This document shows positions 51,889-64,000 of a DNA stretch of 64,000 bases, one piece after another. The notes under the pieces were generated by a model that was given only the letters and a program-made list of their open reading frames with translations, ran no database searches and was not told where the DNA came from. Both the position numbers and the translations under genes were made by a program. This stretch comes from Camelus dromedarius (taxonomy: Eukaryota): assembly GCF_036321535.1 (NCBI RefSeq), contig NC_087436.1, positions 87,608,001-87,672,000 on the forward strand, in the 5' to 3' direction. Position 1 is the stretch's first letter; each line of letters starts with the position of its first letter.

Positions 51889-52763
51889 GAACCTCACGTG
51901 CCGAGAACCTCAAAACAATATTCCTTCCAAGATAACTACAGGGAAAACTTCAGACCCTCACAGCAAGATTCAGAATGGACACTGATGTAAATGAGAAGTT
52001 TGTACGTCCTGAGGACGGTGGTTTGGGAAAGGTTCTAAGCCAAATGTGTTACACTCCTGTGGTGAGGAACTGGCTCTTCAGTGTAAAAGGAGGGTGGTGG
52101 GTGGGGGCTATTTTGAAAACAGTTGCAAGAGCCAGGTACCACTACTACAAGAGCTTCCAAATAAAACTAGTTCACTAAGAGCACGGGAGCACTTCAGTGA
52201 GAGAGACGGGGGTCAGCATTCAGAGGGGAACCTGCTGCACTTAGAAGAAATCATTCTAACTTTTATACGCAAGTGCAGACCCAGAGAAACCTGAGGGGAG
52301 TTGGCTCTCCATGAGAGGACCAGCTCTACTATGACAAAGACAAGGACGTTCAACTTGAAAATCAAAGAGAAATTCCAGGAACATCTTCAGTGCCTACTGA
52401 TGCACTTAGACAGGACTGCTGGACAGATTTTAATGAATTCTGCACAAAGAACCACACAGCTTTTTGGGTTGATTAGGGAACTGTAAAACTGGAGAAATCC
52501 AGAGCAATTCTCAATATTTGTTAAAAAGTAATGTTAAAGGAGGCACCATTTTGTAGAGCACAATGTAAATTAAAAATCACTTTTCAAGAAGAGAAGTGAT
52601 GTCTTATGTAAAAGATAAAGGCACTCCATTATTACTCTTGATTAGTCCTTGAAGTGACTCTCCGATCAGGGATCTCAGGAGCTGTGTTCTTGTGTTTATC
52701 CCCCTACTTCTCTGACTTTTTCCCGTTCTCCTTCCTGACACTTCTCCTCTGCTTTGCCTTCTT

Positions 52764-52918
52764 TTTTGTTTTGTTTTGCTTGGCGGACAGGGGTGGTAAT
52801 TAGGTTTGTTTGTTTGTTTATTTGTTTGTTTATTTATTTTAATGGAGGCACTGGGGGGTGAACCCAGGACCTCATGCTTGCTAGGCATGCGCTCTACACT
52901 GAGCTCTACCCGCCCTCC
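52764..52918 (-). mobile_element. tRNA-derived camelid SINE (Vic-1-like), antisense
   Basis: Reverse complement of the SINEs at 25311 and 34284; TSD TGCTTTGCC(T/C)TCTT at 52750-52763 and 52920-52933. Confidence 0.85.
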
Positions 52919-53899
52919 ATGCTTTGCCCTCTTGAAGAGCACCCCTCAAGGGTCTGTTCCCAGTCTTTCTCTGCCACTCTCCTTGGAACCCACAGCTTCA
53001 CAGCCACCTCTGTAAAGGTGACACCCAGGTCTGTACAAGGCCCACCCTTCCTGCCAAGCTCCAGGCTCCCACTCTCCACCCTAGCTGCCCAAATCTACAC
53101 AGATCCTCCTGGGACCAAAATTTATCATGTTCCTTCACGCATGTGACCTCCCACATTCTCCTTCTTGGTCGATAGCATCATGACTCTCACCCAGTAAAGC
53201 CAGTTAAAATCTGTCTTCTCTCCAACTCCTTCTCTTTCACTTCCTAAATCTGAGTAGCTTCCAAACTCTATGCAGTGAGAATTCCTGAATGTCTATATAA
53301 GGAGACATTTAGGCATGAAAATCCGAATGGGCGCTAGGCAATGTATGTTGAACCAGCGTTTGTGTGGGAAGCACCCTGTTTTTATTCACTTAGAGTGAAT
53401 ATTTAGGGTGGACTATGATGGAAGGTGATGGAGTCTGGGGGAATGGCCCTACGGACCTCCCAATCCAACTGTGGTATCACCACTAGTCTCATAGGATCTA
53501 GCTCCTCAGTAACTCTTAACTTTGTGATCTCTACTCTCGACCCCCGAATAAGGCACATCCCTTATCTATCACCTAGACTATTTTAAGGCCTCTTTGTGAC
53601 CTTTAGTACCTCTCCTTGACTCCACTCACCCCCAAATACTCTTATATCCTATTCATCTCTCCACCACACAGAAACCTTTGACAGCTCTCTATCGTCTAGA
53701 AAAAGACCAAATCTAGACACATCCTACATTTCCAGCTTCATCTCATGACATTATCACTCCATCACACATCCTGTATTCTGGTTTCTAGCACTTTCTGTCA
53801 ATAATTTATTCATTTATGTCAGCAAACTTTTGAGGCCTTCACTGGTCCCTGATCAATTTCTCCCTCCATGTTTATAGCTACCATTTTGAAATTTCCCTG

Positions 53900-55985
53900 T
53901 CCTTGAAATTTCACTGAGAAAATTTAGGCTATCAGGAAGAAACTCCATCACTCCCCTATCCCACACAGTGAACATTGTCTACACACATGCCTTTCCTCCA
54001 ATCTAAGTCATCAGCATCCTTTTGGTCAATGTTAATCCCTCCCATCTGCTCTTGCTGCAGTCTTGGGTGTGGATTCGGTCATATCTCCCCTTCCTGCATG
54101 TCCAAGCTCTTTCCCTGTCCACTGGCTCCTTCCCACAGGCAATAAGCATTCTCAGATCCCTTCAACATTCGAATTAAAGAATGAAAACACCACCCTGCCA
54201 TTACCTCAAAATACCACCTCCTTCTTTCCTTCATAGCTAAATTCCTCCAAGGAGTGGTCAGTGACCGTCCATTGTCTTGTCAGTGCACCATGGTCAGGCT
54301 TCAGCTGACTGTTCCTTTAACTCGTGGCAATAGCGGTCACCAATCTCCAACTGGACATGCCATGGACTCTTCAGTCTCATCAAGTCAAAATTCCACAGCA
54401 TTGGACACCGTTGGCCACTCTCAACTTGACATTCTTTCTCTGTGGCTTTGTGATACAACTCTGTAAAGGTGAGGATCCCAGCAGGACCCAGATGGCAAGA
54501 AACAGGGTGGCTGGAGAGAGTTTAATGAAGGAATCCTTTGGAAAGATCTGGACAGGATGCAGGAAATTAGCAAGGGAAGGGAAATAACCTAAGGCCTAGG
54601 ACTAAAAGGAAGAAAGCCTTTCCCACGCTCAGCCCTGAGGAGACAAGGAGAATTGCAGCTACAAGAGGAGCCGTGGCCCTTAGTAGAGGAACGTGGCCAA
54701 CAACCATCCACAGCCCAGCAGGACGAAGCCAGGAGAATAATCACCCAGCCTCTCTTCTCACACTCCAGTCTCCCAGGGGCTGACCTCTGGAAGCCAGAGG
54801 GCAAGACAGCTGGTCCATGCAGGCCACAGAGGGCAGCCTTCCCAGCCACAGAGTGGGACAGAGGAGGGGAGAAAGCGGATCTGGAGAACAGATTCGGGCA
54901 AAGGGAGGCTGTGCTGCACACACTTCACTCTTTCTCGGGCTCCTTTTCTACCCCCTCTTCCTATGTTCTCCTCATAAATATCTGTTTCCTAGGGTCCCAG
55001 ACCCTCTGGTCTTCTCGCTCATTTCCCTTTCCCCATGTCACTTGCTATGGCTTCCACCACCGCCTACTGCTGCTGTTTCTCACTTCTGTAACTCCAACTC
55101 TGAGATCTTTCTGGGACTTTACACTCACATCTAGCTGCCTGTTGAATATCTCCATCAGCACTTCAAGCAAAGTGTGTCCAAAATGACTCAGTAGCAGCCC
55201 CTCATCCTCGCCACCCACCCAGTCTCACCCTGTGTTCCATTTCACCATCCACCCCACTGCTCCATCCAGAAACCCAAGAGTCTCCCTCTCCTCACTTCCC
55301 ACATCTAATCCATTGGTCATTAAACAGCCCCTTCTAGCCCCTCAGCACACAAGTCCATCCTGTCTTCTCTGTCCACACACAGCTTCAGCTGTCACTTGAC
55401 ACTCCCACTGGATCTGTGACAACAGCACACCAACTGGTTTCTTTACCTCCCAGCCTGCATGCCCTTATTATCCCCACACTACAGCCAGGGGGTGGTTCCT
55501 AAAACCCAGGTATGATGACGTGGCTTCCCTGAGTAGAGTCTGGGTTAGGCTGCAGGCTTTTCTGTTTCTTTAATAAATCTCCACCTAACTCTGTCTCCAG
55601 GCCTTTACCTGAAATGCTCTTTCCAACCCCACCCACAACCCCACCCAATCAAGCCCTTCTCAAGCTCAGGAGACCCAACTTGGGTCTCGACTTGACTGTC
55701 ACTTCTTCAGGGGAGCCTTCTTGGACACCTCCCTGCCCCCAAGACTGAGTTAGATTTTCCTGTTGCAAACTCTCCCATTACACACACATTGTCCTTCACA
55801 GAGGAGAACTTACCACAGGTAAAGTTAAAAATTTACTTGTGCAATTATTGATTTAACGTCTGTCTGCCCCTTCTATACTATTACCTCCATGAGAACAACA
55901 ACAAAAAATGTGTCTTGTCTCCTAAAGTCCTGGCATTTAGTTAGGTTGTCAACATATGGATTTATTAAATAAATGAATGAAAACA
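53900..55985 (+). mobile_element. Fragmented L2 with an LTR-like insert (about 54462-54920)
   Basis: L2 motifs ending in taaatgaatgaa; the purine-rich insert begins tgt and ends caca. Confidence 0.5.
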
Positions 55986-56339
55986 AACTCTTTAGTATGA
56001 TGTACAAGGATGTCCGGGATCCGGCCAGGCTTTCCATCTAACTTCCCATATAGTATTGATCCCGTCGTGCCCTATCTCATTCCTGAAATCCACAGTTACA
56101 GACACACCAGACTACACCACTCGCCCGTGCCTCCCCACCCTGCTGCCCACCTTTGGCTGCACATCTGGCCCCTCCGTTAAGCTGCCTGGCGATATCTGTG
56201 CTTTTTTTCAAGACGCTGTTTAAGTGTCACCTCCTCCACGAGCCTTTCTCAGTTCATTCCACCCAAGTAGAATGGACCACTTTCTTCCTCCCTTGGGCCC
56301 CCACTGTACCGCTGTGTGTGATGGGGAAAACAAGGTTTC

Positions 56340-59300
56340 ACCTGGCTTGACTGAGATCTATGAGACACTTTTCTATTGGCCGACCTCCAACTGCTGGGTA
56401 AAATTCAGTTCCAGCCTAGAGTCTATGAAGCTGAAAATCATCTCAGAGTTGGCAGTTACTTTATAAAGTGAAAAATTACCTTCTATTCCAGCAGCACAGA
56501 GGAAAAACTGTATATAGTTTTGACGATTTTTGTTTTTGTTCACACTTCCGGAAAAAAAAAAAACATGGCAATGTGGCATAAACATCACAGGCATTGCAGT
56601 TAAGCAGCTCTGGGTCTTGGCAAGCACCCATAAAAATGAATTTGCAAAACCCCTCTCCACGTGCCTGCTGTACGCTTGGCTGATGTGTACTGCCTGATGT
56701 GAGTGGCATCTGAAGCCTGCTCCTCCCAGATTTCCAAAATGTCTCAACTTTGAGGTCTGCCTCCAATTCACCTCAAACTTTAAGCTTCCTAATTTGCATC
56801 CATCTCCTTTGCCCCAATTTTCCCCTCTGTTTTAGTTTCACTTATTTCACTTGTCTCTAGTTCTATTATTACATAAATGACCTTTTAAAATCTCTTTTCA
56901 TTAAGGTAAGTCTTTTTGCATATCTTTAGCACAGTAATTCAGTTTTTTTATCAGCCTAACAATTCCATAATAGCATATTTTCATCTAAGAAACATTTGAA
57001 ATACCTGGCCTAACTTACCTTTATACGTTTCTAAAACTAAAACTATTAAACACATGTTGGACTAAAGGCTGCAAACATAACATGTGAAACATTGAAACTT
57101 TTTTTTTTTTTTGAGGAACAACTAGTTCCATATTTAATTGTCTTTCTAATGTTACCTTCTACCCTTCAGGGTCAATAAAGTCGTTTTGGTTTAGGTCAAC
57201 AAAAATTTCCTGTAACCCTCTAGAGTGGTTCAAGAGGTAGGTCCCCAGGCCTCTCCCTCCCTCCCTCCCCCGCGGGAAGGGTTCGTCCAGTTCTCTGCAG
57301 GGCAAGGGAGGAAAATCAAAGGAGTAACCGGGAGTCACCAGGAGTAACCGGGAGAACCACCAGGCAGCAAATAAATGCAAGCAAAGAGATATCGCCGCAT
57401 TTCCAGTATGTTCGAAAGACAAAATCCATTCAACTCAAGGCTACAAGTCTTCTCTGAAGGACCTTCAGACCCAAGGGAGACAGAGGTGAGAAGGGGAGAA
57501 GGGGTTCCCCTGGCTTATGAATTTCACTAGTGCTTTCTACTAGATTACTGTGTCATCAGATAGCGTGAGTGGCCGGCCACAGACTGGCAGCAGCAGGTCT
57601 CACGAGCCTGTCCACTAATAAGTAAGGGGGGAGAGTGCTGTCTTTCTGTTGCCTGAAAATGTTAATTTATGAGAACTTCAGGACAAGAGCTGTGGCCCTC
57701 TGAACACTGTTTCTACACAAACATCAGCCAGTTTATATTTTTCAGATACTCACGTTAATGTCCTACAACTATCTGTAAATTCTAGGTGATGTGGGCAATG
57801 ACAGTATTAGTGAATTTTAAGGCTCTTTACATTCTTCATAACTTAGCATATAACGATCGTACTTCAGTCACCATCATGTCCCAAACCTGGACGTGAAATC
57901 TTTCCAGTCTTTTGCTGGCATATATTTAGTCTGCCTTTGTGTGTACATGTAGCTGCAATACTGAAGCAAGTTGTACGGTTAGACATGAGCAACACCTTTG
58001 CTCATTTGAATAAATGCGCCCCAAATATAACACTTGCTTTTTGAAAAGAAAATTCTCATTATTTTTTTTTTGAGTATCATTATTGACCCTGGCTTTTCAT
58101 GACTTAATATATTTTAATTAATCATAATTTTTTGGTGTATTTTTTTGATACTCAAATTGCTGAAATTTGGCCAGTGGATCCCCCCTTTTAAGCTGGTTTC
58201 TGTGTCTTTCTCCAGAATTTCTAAGGCATCATGGCTTTCTGACATAAATGTTCCAAGTCTAGAATATTACCCCCAGAATGGAATCAGCTTCTCTCCAAGG
58301 AGATCTGCTTTCATTTAGAGGAGAATAAATAGTTCTGGTTTGTCTGCTATAATGTGAAATGTGTGTAACTGAAAAATCTCACATTCTTACAAAATCACAC
58401 ATTAAAAGTCATGGAGTTTATGGGGTAAATAAAGTTAGGGAGACCACTCAAAAGACAGGCAAACTTGCAACCAAAGCACTAAGAAAAACAATCACTGGTA
58501 CCTTGGCAATCACCTTGGACGACCCAGGCAGGCAGCTAGACATGGCTAGAGGCTACACTGGAAGACATTAAAAACTCACACAAACGTCGAGTGGAAATGC
58601 TGGCCACAGTTTGGTTAGAGCAGAGCTGGGGGCTGCTGGGTCAACCCAGACTGAACCATCTCTGAGCCAGGAACTTCTCAGGCACAGGAGCCAAATGTGG
58701 CACAAGGCTGGGTGCACTGTCTGGGCCTCCCCAGAAAGCCTGGTGCAGGTGCTCATTTTCAATTTTTGCAAAACTCAGCTAAAGGAACCCTACTCCCAGT
58801 GCAGCACTGAGCTGTGGGATTGTTTTCTTTCCTGCTGAAGGTTGTAATTCTACTCCTACTCTTCTGCTTCCCCTCGCCTAGAGAAAGTCTGATATGATCA
58901 AACTTGACTTCTAAGTTAGACTGAGACCATTGTCTAACCACACATGAACTAATTCGTGTGGTAGAAGCATGCTTTGTGAAACCACCAGTTTCTTCCCTGT
59001 TCGTACATGCAGGGCACATTGAGAGGAGGAGGCTATTCCCCCGCCTCCTCAAATCTGAGCTGACTTACGACAGCTTTATCCAACAGAGTACAGCAGAGCT
59101 AACCCTGCAGGACTCCCAAGACTGTCATTAGAACTTCTGCAGCTCCCCGCAGGTGCCTTGGAATGCTCGCTCAGGACGAAGCCAGCCACCATGCAAGAAG
59201 TCCAGTTACCTAGGCCACCATACTGTGAGGAAGCCCAAGCTAACCATATGCAGATGCCGCATGGAGAGAGAGATGCCCAACCAGCTCCCCGTTATTCCAG

Positions 59301-62300
59301 ACTTCCCATCCCGGATGCCAGACATTTAAAGATGACGACGTCAGCCACAGCCATCACCTGGCTGCAACCCTGTAAGACCCAAACCAAGAACAGCTCAGCT
59401 GAACCAATCAACCTCCAGAACTGTGAGAGATAATAGTAGGTTGTTGTTTCAAGCCTTTAAGTTTTAGGGTGCTCTGTTATGCACAGTTAACCAGAACTTA
59501 GAGGAATATACTGTATTAGTACATAAAAATTAGGCAAAGGGATAAAGAATAGATTACCTGTCTTCAGTGTAGTGTTGGGGTAACTGTAACTGGGCTACTT
59601 AGAGTCAGAGCTAGAAAAGATCCCTTTTGTATACATGAGTTCACACATGAACACTTTTAAGGTTTTACATTTGGTCTGTGGCATACCCACTATGTCACCT
59701 CCTATTCCAAACTTTAACTTCTTTTCTTTCATAATCTGCTGAACCATAGAATTATTTATAAGTTAAAATAAAATAATTAACTACGCATTTGTTTTATCCT
59801 TCCACACAAAATGAGCCCACAGTAAAAATGTTAATATTAACACAGATAATAAGACCAATGGATGGTTAATAAGATTTAACACTGCAGTGGTTTGGCAGCC
59901 GTATATGGAGATAAGCCATTATTAATTGCTGCTCGGATTCCTTTGTTTTGATTTATTGGGGTTGAAACGTAAAACTTCCTGCTGTGTTTAGGTTTTGAGA
60001 TTGTTAAAAGCCTTATTTTCACCATGCTACTGTTCCAAATACCAGAAATCATAATGTATTTTCTAAAGTATTAGTAGAACCAGAAACAGCTTTTAGTAGA
60101 GAAAGAGAAAACACAACTTGTTTTATTTACATTTGCAGTCATTAAAAAATACCATTTTCATCTATTACTACCTCTTACCTGCATTTTGTGACGTTTTAAA
60201 ACGTCTCTAGAATCTGTTTCATGATTTTTGACATCCAAACAAACAACAGAGGTTTACATTTCACGTGGGTGAAAAGAAACATTTATCATGAAACACTTTG
60301 ATAACAAGAGTTCTGATGGCTTTACACCGCATGGCTGGGAAACACAGCCAAAAAGAATCACCGCTGGAGATAGGCAGTCTCACCTGAGACCTTGTCTCAC
60401 CTGCTTTATTTAGCAAATATGCACTGGTGGCAGCATCTCCTCTTTTCAACAAAGAGGTATTATTTGCATATAATGCTCAATTAAACAAATGTATAGACAT
60501 TTAGGAGCAAGAAAGATTGCTTACAGTTCCTTTTAATTAAAAAGTTTTCCTTTCTTAAAGAGACTTAAATTTTTTGCATCCTACGTTTCTCAGAAATGGG
60601 TTTGTATTACTCTGGGGTGTATAATCTTCTATTTGTCTTCCTTGCCATGTGATTTCACCACGTCTTGTCATTTTTGTCTGTGAACTCTGTTCCAAGGAGC
60701 CCTCTTCCATGGAGGTCCATGCACCTGCCCTTCACCCTGTAGATGGCCTGTGGAATTTACTGATTCCAGGTCATGTTTACATTAGTTTTACAGGTTGTGG
60801 AAAAGGTATGAGACTGAAGTTGGGGGAGGAAATGAAAACATCAACTGGAGAGACATAACGGTAGGATCCACGGCGTTGATTCACTAACCCGGTGCCTGTC
60901 ACACAGTGAGTGCCAAATAAGTATTTGTCAAATACATGAACGGGGGAATGGGGGGGGGGGCGTTGGAGAAGAAGGGAGGGAAGGCAGAGAATTCTACTAA
61001 CAGGAGGTGCAGTAGGTCTTTTTAAATCTAGATTAATCTTCACTTCTCCACCACCTCTTTCTTTCCATGCCACTGACTTGCTAAAGACACAGGGTAAATT
61101 GGATTTGGCTCATTACTTGCTCCTAGCATCATTTTATTTCATCTAGTATTTGGAGTTCTTGCTGCTCCTGAGTGCAGAGGTCATGTTTCCGCAGTACTTG
61201 CCTGTGAATGTCCCACCCACCCTTGAGAACCCTGCTCAAAAAGCTGCTCCTCTCTTTAAAGATGAAGCCTCTCCTGACTGTTCCAGAATCAACCCTCCTC
61301 ATTCCTCTCTCTGTGCTCCACAAGCGCATACCCTGTCATTCTCTGCAGCCTTTATTTCACCCTGCCTTGCACTACGTATTTTCTGACCTGTGTCCTGGTA
61401 GGGGACCCTGGATAGTCTCCTTCAGGAGCTTCCCTGAAACACCACATTACAACAAGACTTCAGACATCCATTCTTTCGTAATCAGGTGGTCCTCCAAATG
61501 TACTGAGACAAAAAGCTGACTAATGAAACTTGATTGCTCAATAGCAGCTTAAATTTAGGCCCCAATACTATGTGTGAAGTGTAAGCGTGGGATTTTTTGC
61601 CATATATTTTTATAGGATTAGTGGGCTGCTGTGGCAGCATAGCCCATGCCCTGAAAACTACGTCAGTGACCCCAGTAAAGAGAGGGCCCACTGACTTTCT
61701 CCACGGGGTAGCCCAAGGCAACAGAGTGTGCCCTGGGTGGTACACTGGGTACCACTTGGAGACTGCAGGCTGTCAGAACAAGTCCTTCTTCCTTCTCTTC
61801 TCTGACAACAGGCTATGCTCACCCAGAAGGGCTGGAGATGGCACCGAAGCTCACCAGGGTTTTACCCATATCTCGTGGGGCTGAATTAAGATCCACTCCT
61901 TTAGAGAAAAAAGAACCTGCTTCCAATTCCATCCCGGGAACTAAAACATCAGTCCTGATGCAGCCTGTGTCCTACAGCACCTGGACTGTAAGTACGCTGC
62001 GAGCAAGGATCATGCTTTGTGCATAACTCCCATCCCTGCATTCCAGCATCAAACACTGAATGAGAACTTAGGGGAAAGGCAGATTCCAAATAATCCTTAC
62101 TTGGTGAATTATTTCATCAAAGTAAATTAAGCATAGAGTTGACGTTTCAGTTCGAATGAAAAGTAGTCAGGTGTAGCCCATCAGCAAGGGGCACTAGCAC
62201 AGCCTTGACCAGTTCTGGGTAGGGCTTTGCAACCCGCTCAGTAGCAGCTGGAGCTAGAAGGCACGAACCCATGGGTTCCTGCAGTTTTTGCCTAGGGTGT

Positions 62301-63876
62301 GGTGTAGAAATTAGAAACGCCTTTCAAATCAAATGTAAAGTTCCAAAATGAACAAAAGCGAAAAATAATCCCTCACTGTCTATTTTTGGAAATGAGAACA
62401 TTTTATTAATACTAGATATTTCCCATAAATTCTTTGTGAATGCAAAGTCAGGTCTTTCTCTAGTGTAAAAATGCTGCAGTCATTTCTTACCTCATTGATT
62501 TTAAAAGCTCATTTTCCATTCAGATGCAATGCTTTCACTGTTTAAATAGCAGTTACCTGAATACACCTGTGAAAACCCTAGTTACATACACCTTCATTGA
62601 CTATTTTTAGATTCACTAATCACTTACATTTTGCTTTTTTCCTCATGTGTATGAACACACACACACTCTCTCTCTCTATATATATATATGTATATTCCAG
62701 TAACATAGGTGAATGTACTTAATGTTGTCACAAATATCTTCAATCTGAAAAAAAGTTAGAGTATCATCTATGATTCCAGACTCCACAGTCACCTTGCAGA
62801 CACCAAAATTGCTATTGATACAGTTGTTCTGCCTCAGCATCAGTTTATTAATGTTGGTCACATTCCCCGAAAGCCATCCACACACACCCTTCAGCAAGGG
62901 GAGTGAACATCTGATGCTGGATGAGAAATAATGTTGATAATTATGCAGGAAATAAATTCCCTTCCCCTCTTTTTTTTTTTCCTTCTTCCATATTTGTCAT
63001 TCTGTTCTTTCTCATCGACAGTGTAGTTAGCTGAACTGACTTGGAGGAAGCATTGTTCCCATTTGGAGCAGTTTCCAGATAAATAAGGAGATCAGAGCTG
63101 GCAGAGCCCACCATTTATTACAACTTCATTCTGTAGAGGAGGAAACTGAAGTAAATTGATGTGCCCAGGGTCACCCAGCTAGTCCCTGTTATCAACTAGA
63201 ATTCACTTTGGATGTCCCCCACCAGTGAGGGCAATCCATACCTTTGCCTCTCCTACTCGCTGCCAACTTGCTTGACAGGGATGCCTTGTCACCCAGCAGA
63301 TTTGGAAAACCTTTCCAGGATGTCACACCATCTTCCAGACCCTCCTTCCCAAGAAGATGGGCCTTCTGCTGCAGCAAATGCCACACCTGGTGTCCTCACT
63401 GCTCCACGCACGGGGACAGAGGGTGGTACCTGGCGTCTGGGAGTAGCCCTGTGCTTCTCACAGCTCCAGCCCTAACTTCACCTTCCTGCCATCTGTGATG
63501 GGCTCCACGGACCCATCTTCAGGGACTAGGGTTCCCCGTTCTCGCTCTCCATCCCTCCCTGCGCTGCTTCCTCCTCGCAGGCAGCAGGGCCCCCTATACC
63601 CGAAAGAGTGTTAAAAGCTAAAACGGCCGTCGACTGCTCCCCATACCCCCGCTTTTTGTTTGTTTGGTTTCTTTTAATTCAAGCAGCTGGAGTGTGTTTG
63701 TTCTGGAGCTCCTGCCACAGGCAGCCCCTACCCAGCTGCAGAGGCTGTTTGCTGTAAGGACAGCCTCCCCACCTCCTCCTAGCCCCACGTCGCGGCTGCA
63801 AACTGCGGGCCTCGCTCCCCTCACTCCGAGACACTGGGCACAGCAGGAGACCTGGAAGCCAAGAGAACTGCTCCAT
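56340..63876 (-). pseudogene. Probable multi-exon disabled gene for a secreted or membrane leucine-rich-repeat protein
   Basis: Signal-like start at 63876, degenerate CPxxCxC cap, and LxxLxLxxN-spaced segments at about 63660-63700, 62793-62916, 62491-62566, 60179-60320, 57156-57294 and 56590-56710. Several segments have AG/GT boundaries. Stops and frameshifts throughout. Confidence 0.55.
59000..59497 (+). mobile_element. MLT1-family MaLR LTR
   Basis: gaagccagccaccatg...tgtgaggaagcccaagcta...gttgttgtttcaagcctttaagttttagggt...gttatgcacag. Confidence 0.75.
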
Positions 63877-64000
63877 TCGCCGTCTTCCGTTTACTGAGGG
63901 AGGGAGGGTATCAGCCCGCAGAGCTGGCTGCCACTGTGATTCTAATCAGGGCTGCCAGGTTTAGCAAAGGAAAATACAGGATGCCCAGCTGAGTTTGCCT

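Noticed and set aside
54589..55186. ORFs of 105-177 aa
   Set aside because: They span an LTR-like insert and L2 sequence, with no coding signature.
56000..64000. DCUN1D4 3' exons expected by synteny
   Set aside because: No DCN1/PONY-domain sequence was recognised; the gene probably lies beyond the right edge.

Overview
Mammalian genomic DNA, most likely a camelid, judged from three tRNA-derived SINEs of the camelid Vic-1 type. It covers the conserved SPATA18-SGCB-LRRC66 block. SPATA18 coding exon 1 lies on the - strand in a CpG island, and the rest of that gene runs off the left edge. SGCB (beta-sarcoglycan) is complete on the + strand (6 exons, 322 aa, 12-Ala N-terminus). LRRC66 is complete on the + strand (4 coding exons, 876 aa). 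Introns and intergenic DNA hold Tigger1, Tigger2-derived, MER2, hAT, HAL1, L1, L2, MIR and LTR relics. The most notable unexplained signal is at about 56.3-63.9 kb on the - strand: a series of disabled segments, several flanked by splice sites, that read as signal peptide, LRRNT cap and multiple leucine-rich repeats. This is a probable unannotated fossil LRR gene convergent with LRRC66. Other candidates are a 30-aa hydrophobic micro-ORF divergent from SPATA18, a fossil C-terminal extension of LRRC66, and AT-to-GC-biased divergence confined to SGCB exon 6. Comparisons with human and mouse proteins and repeat family names come from memory, not from searches.
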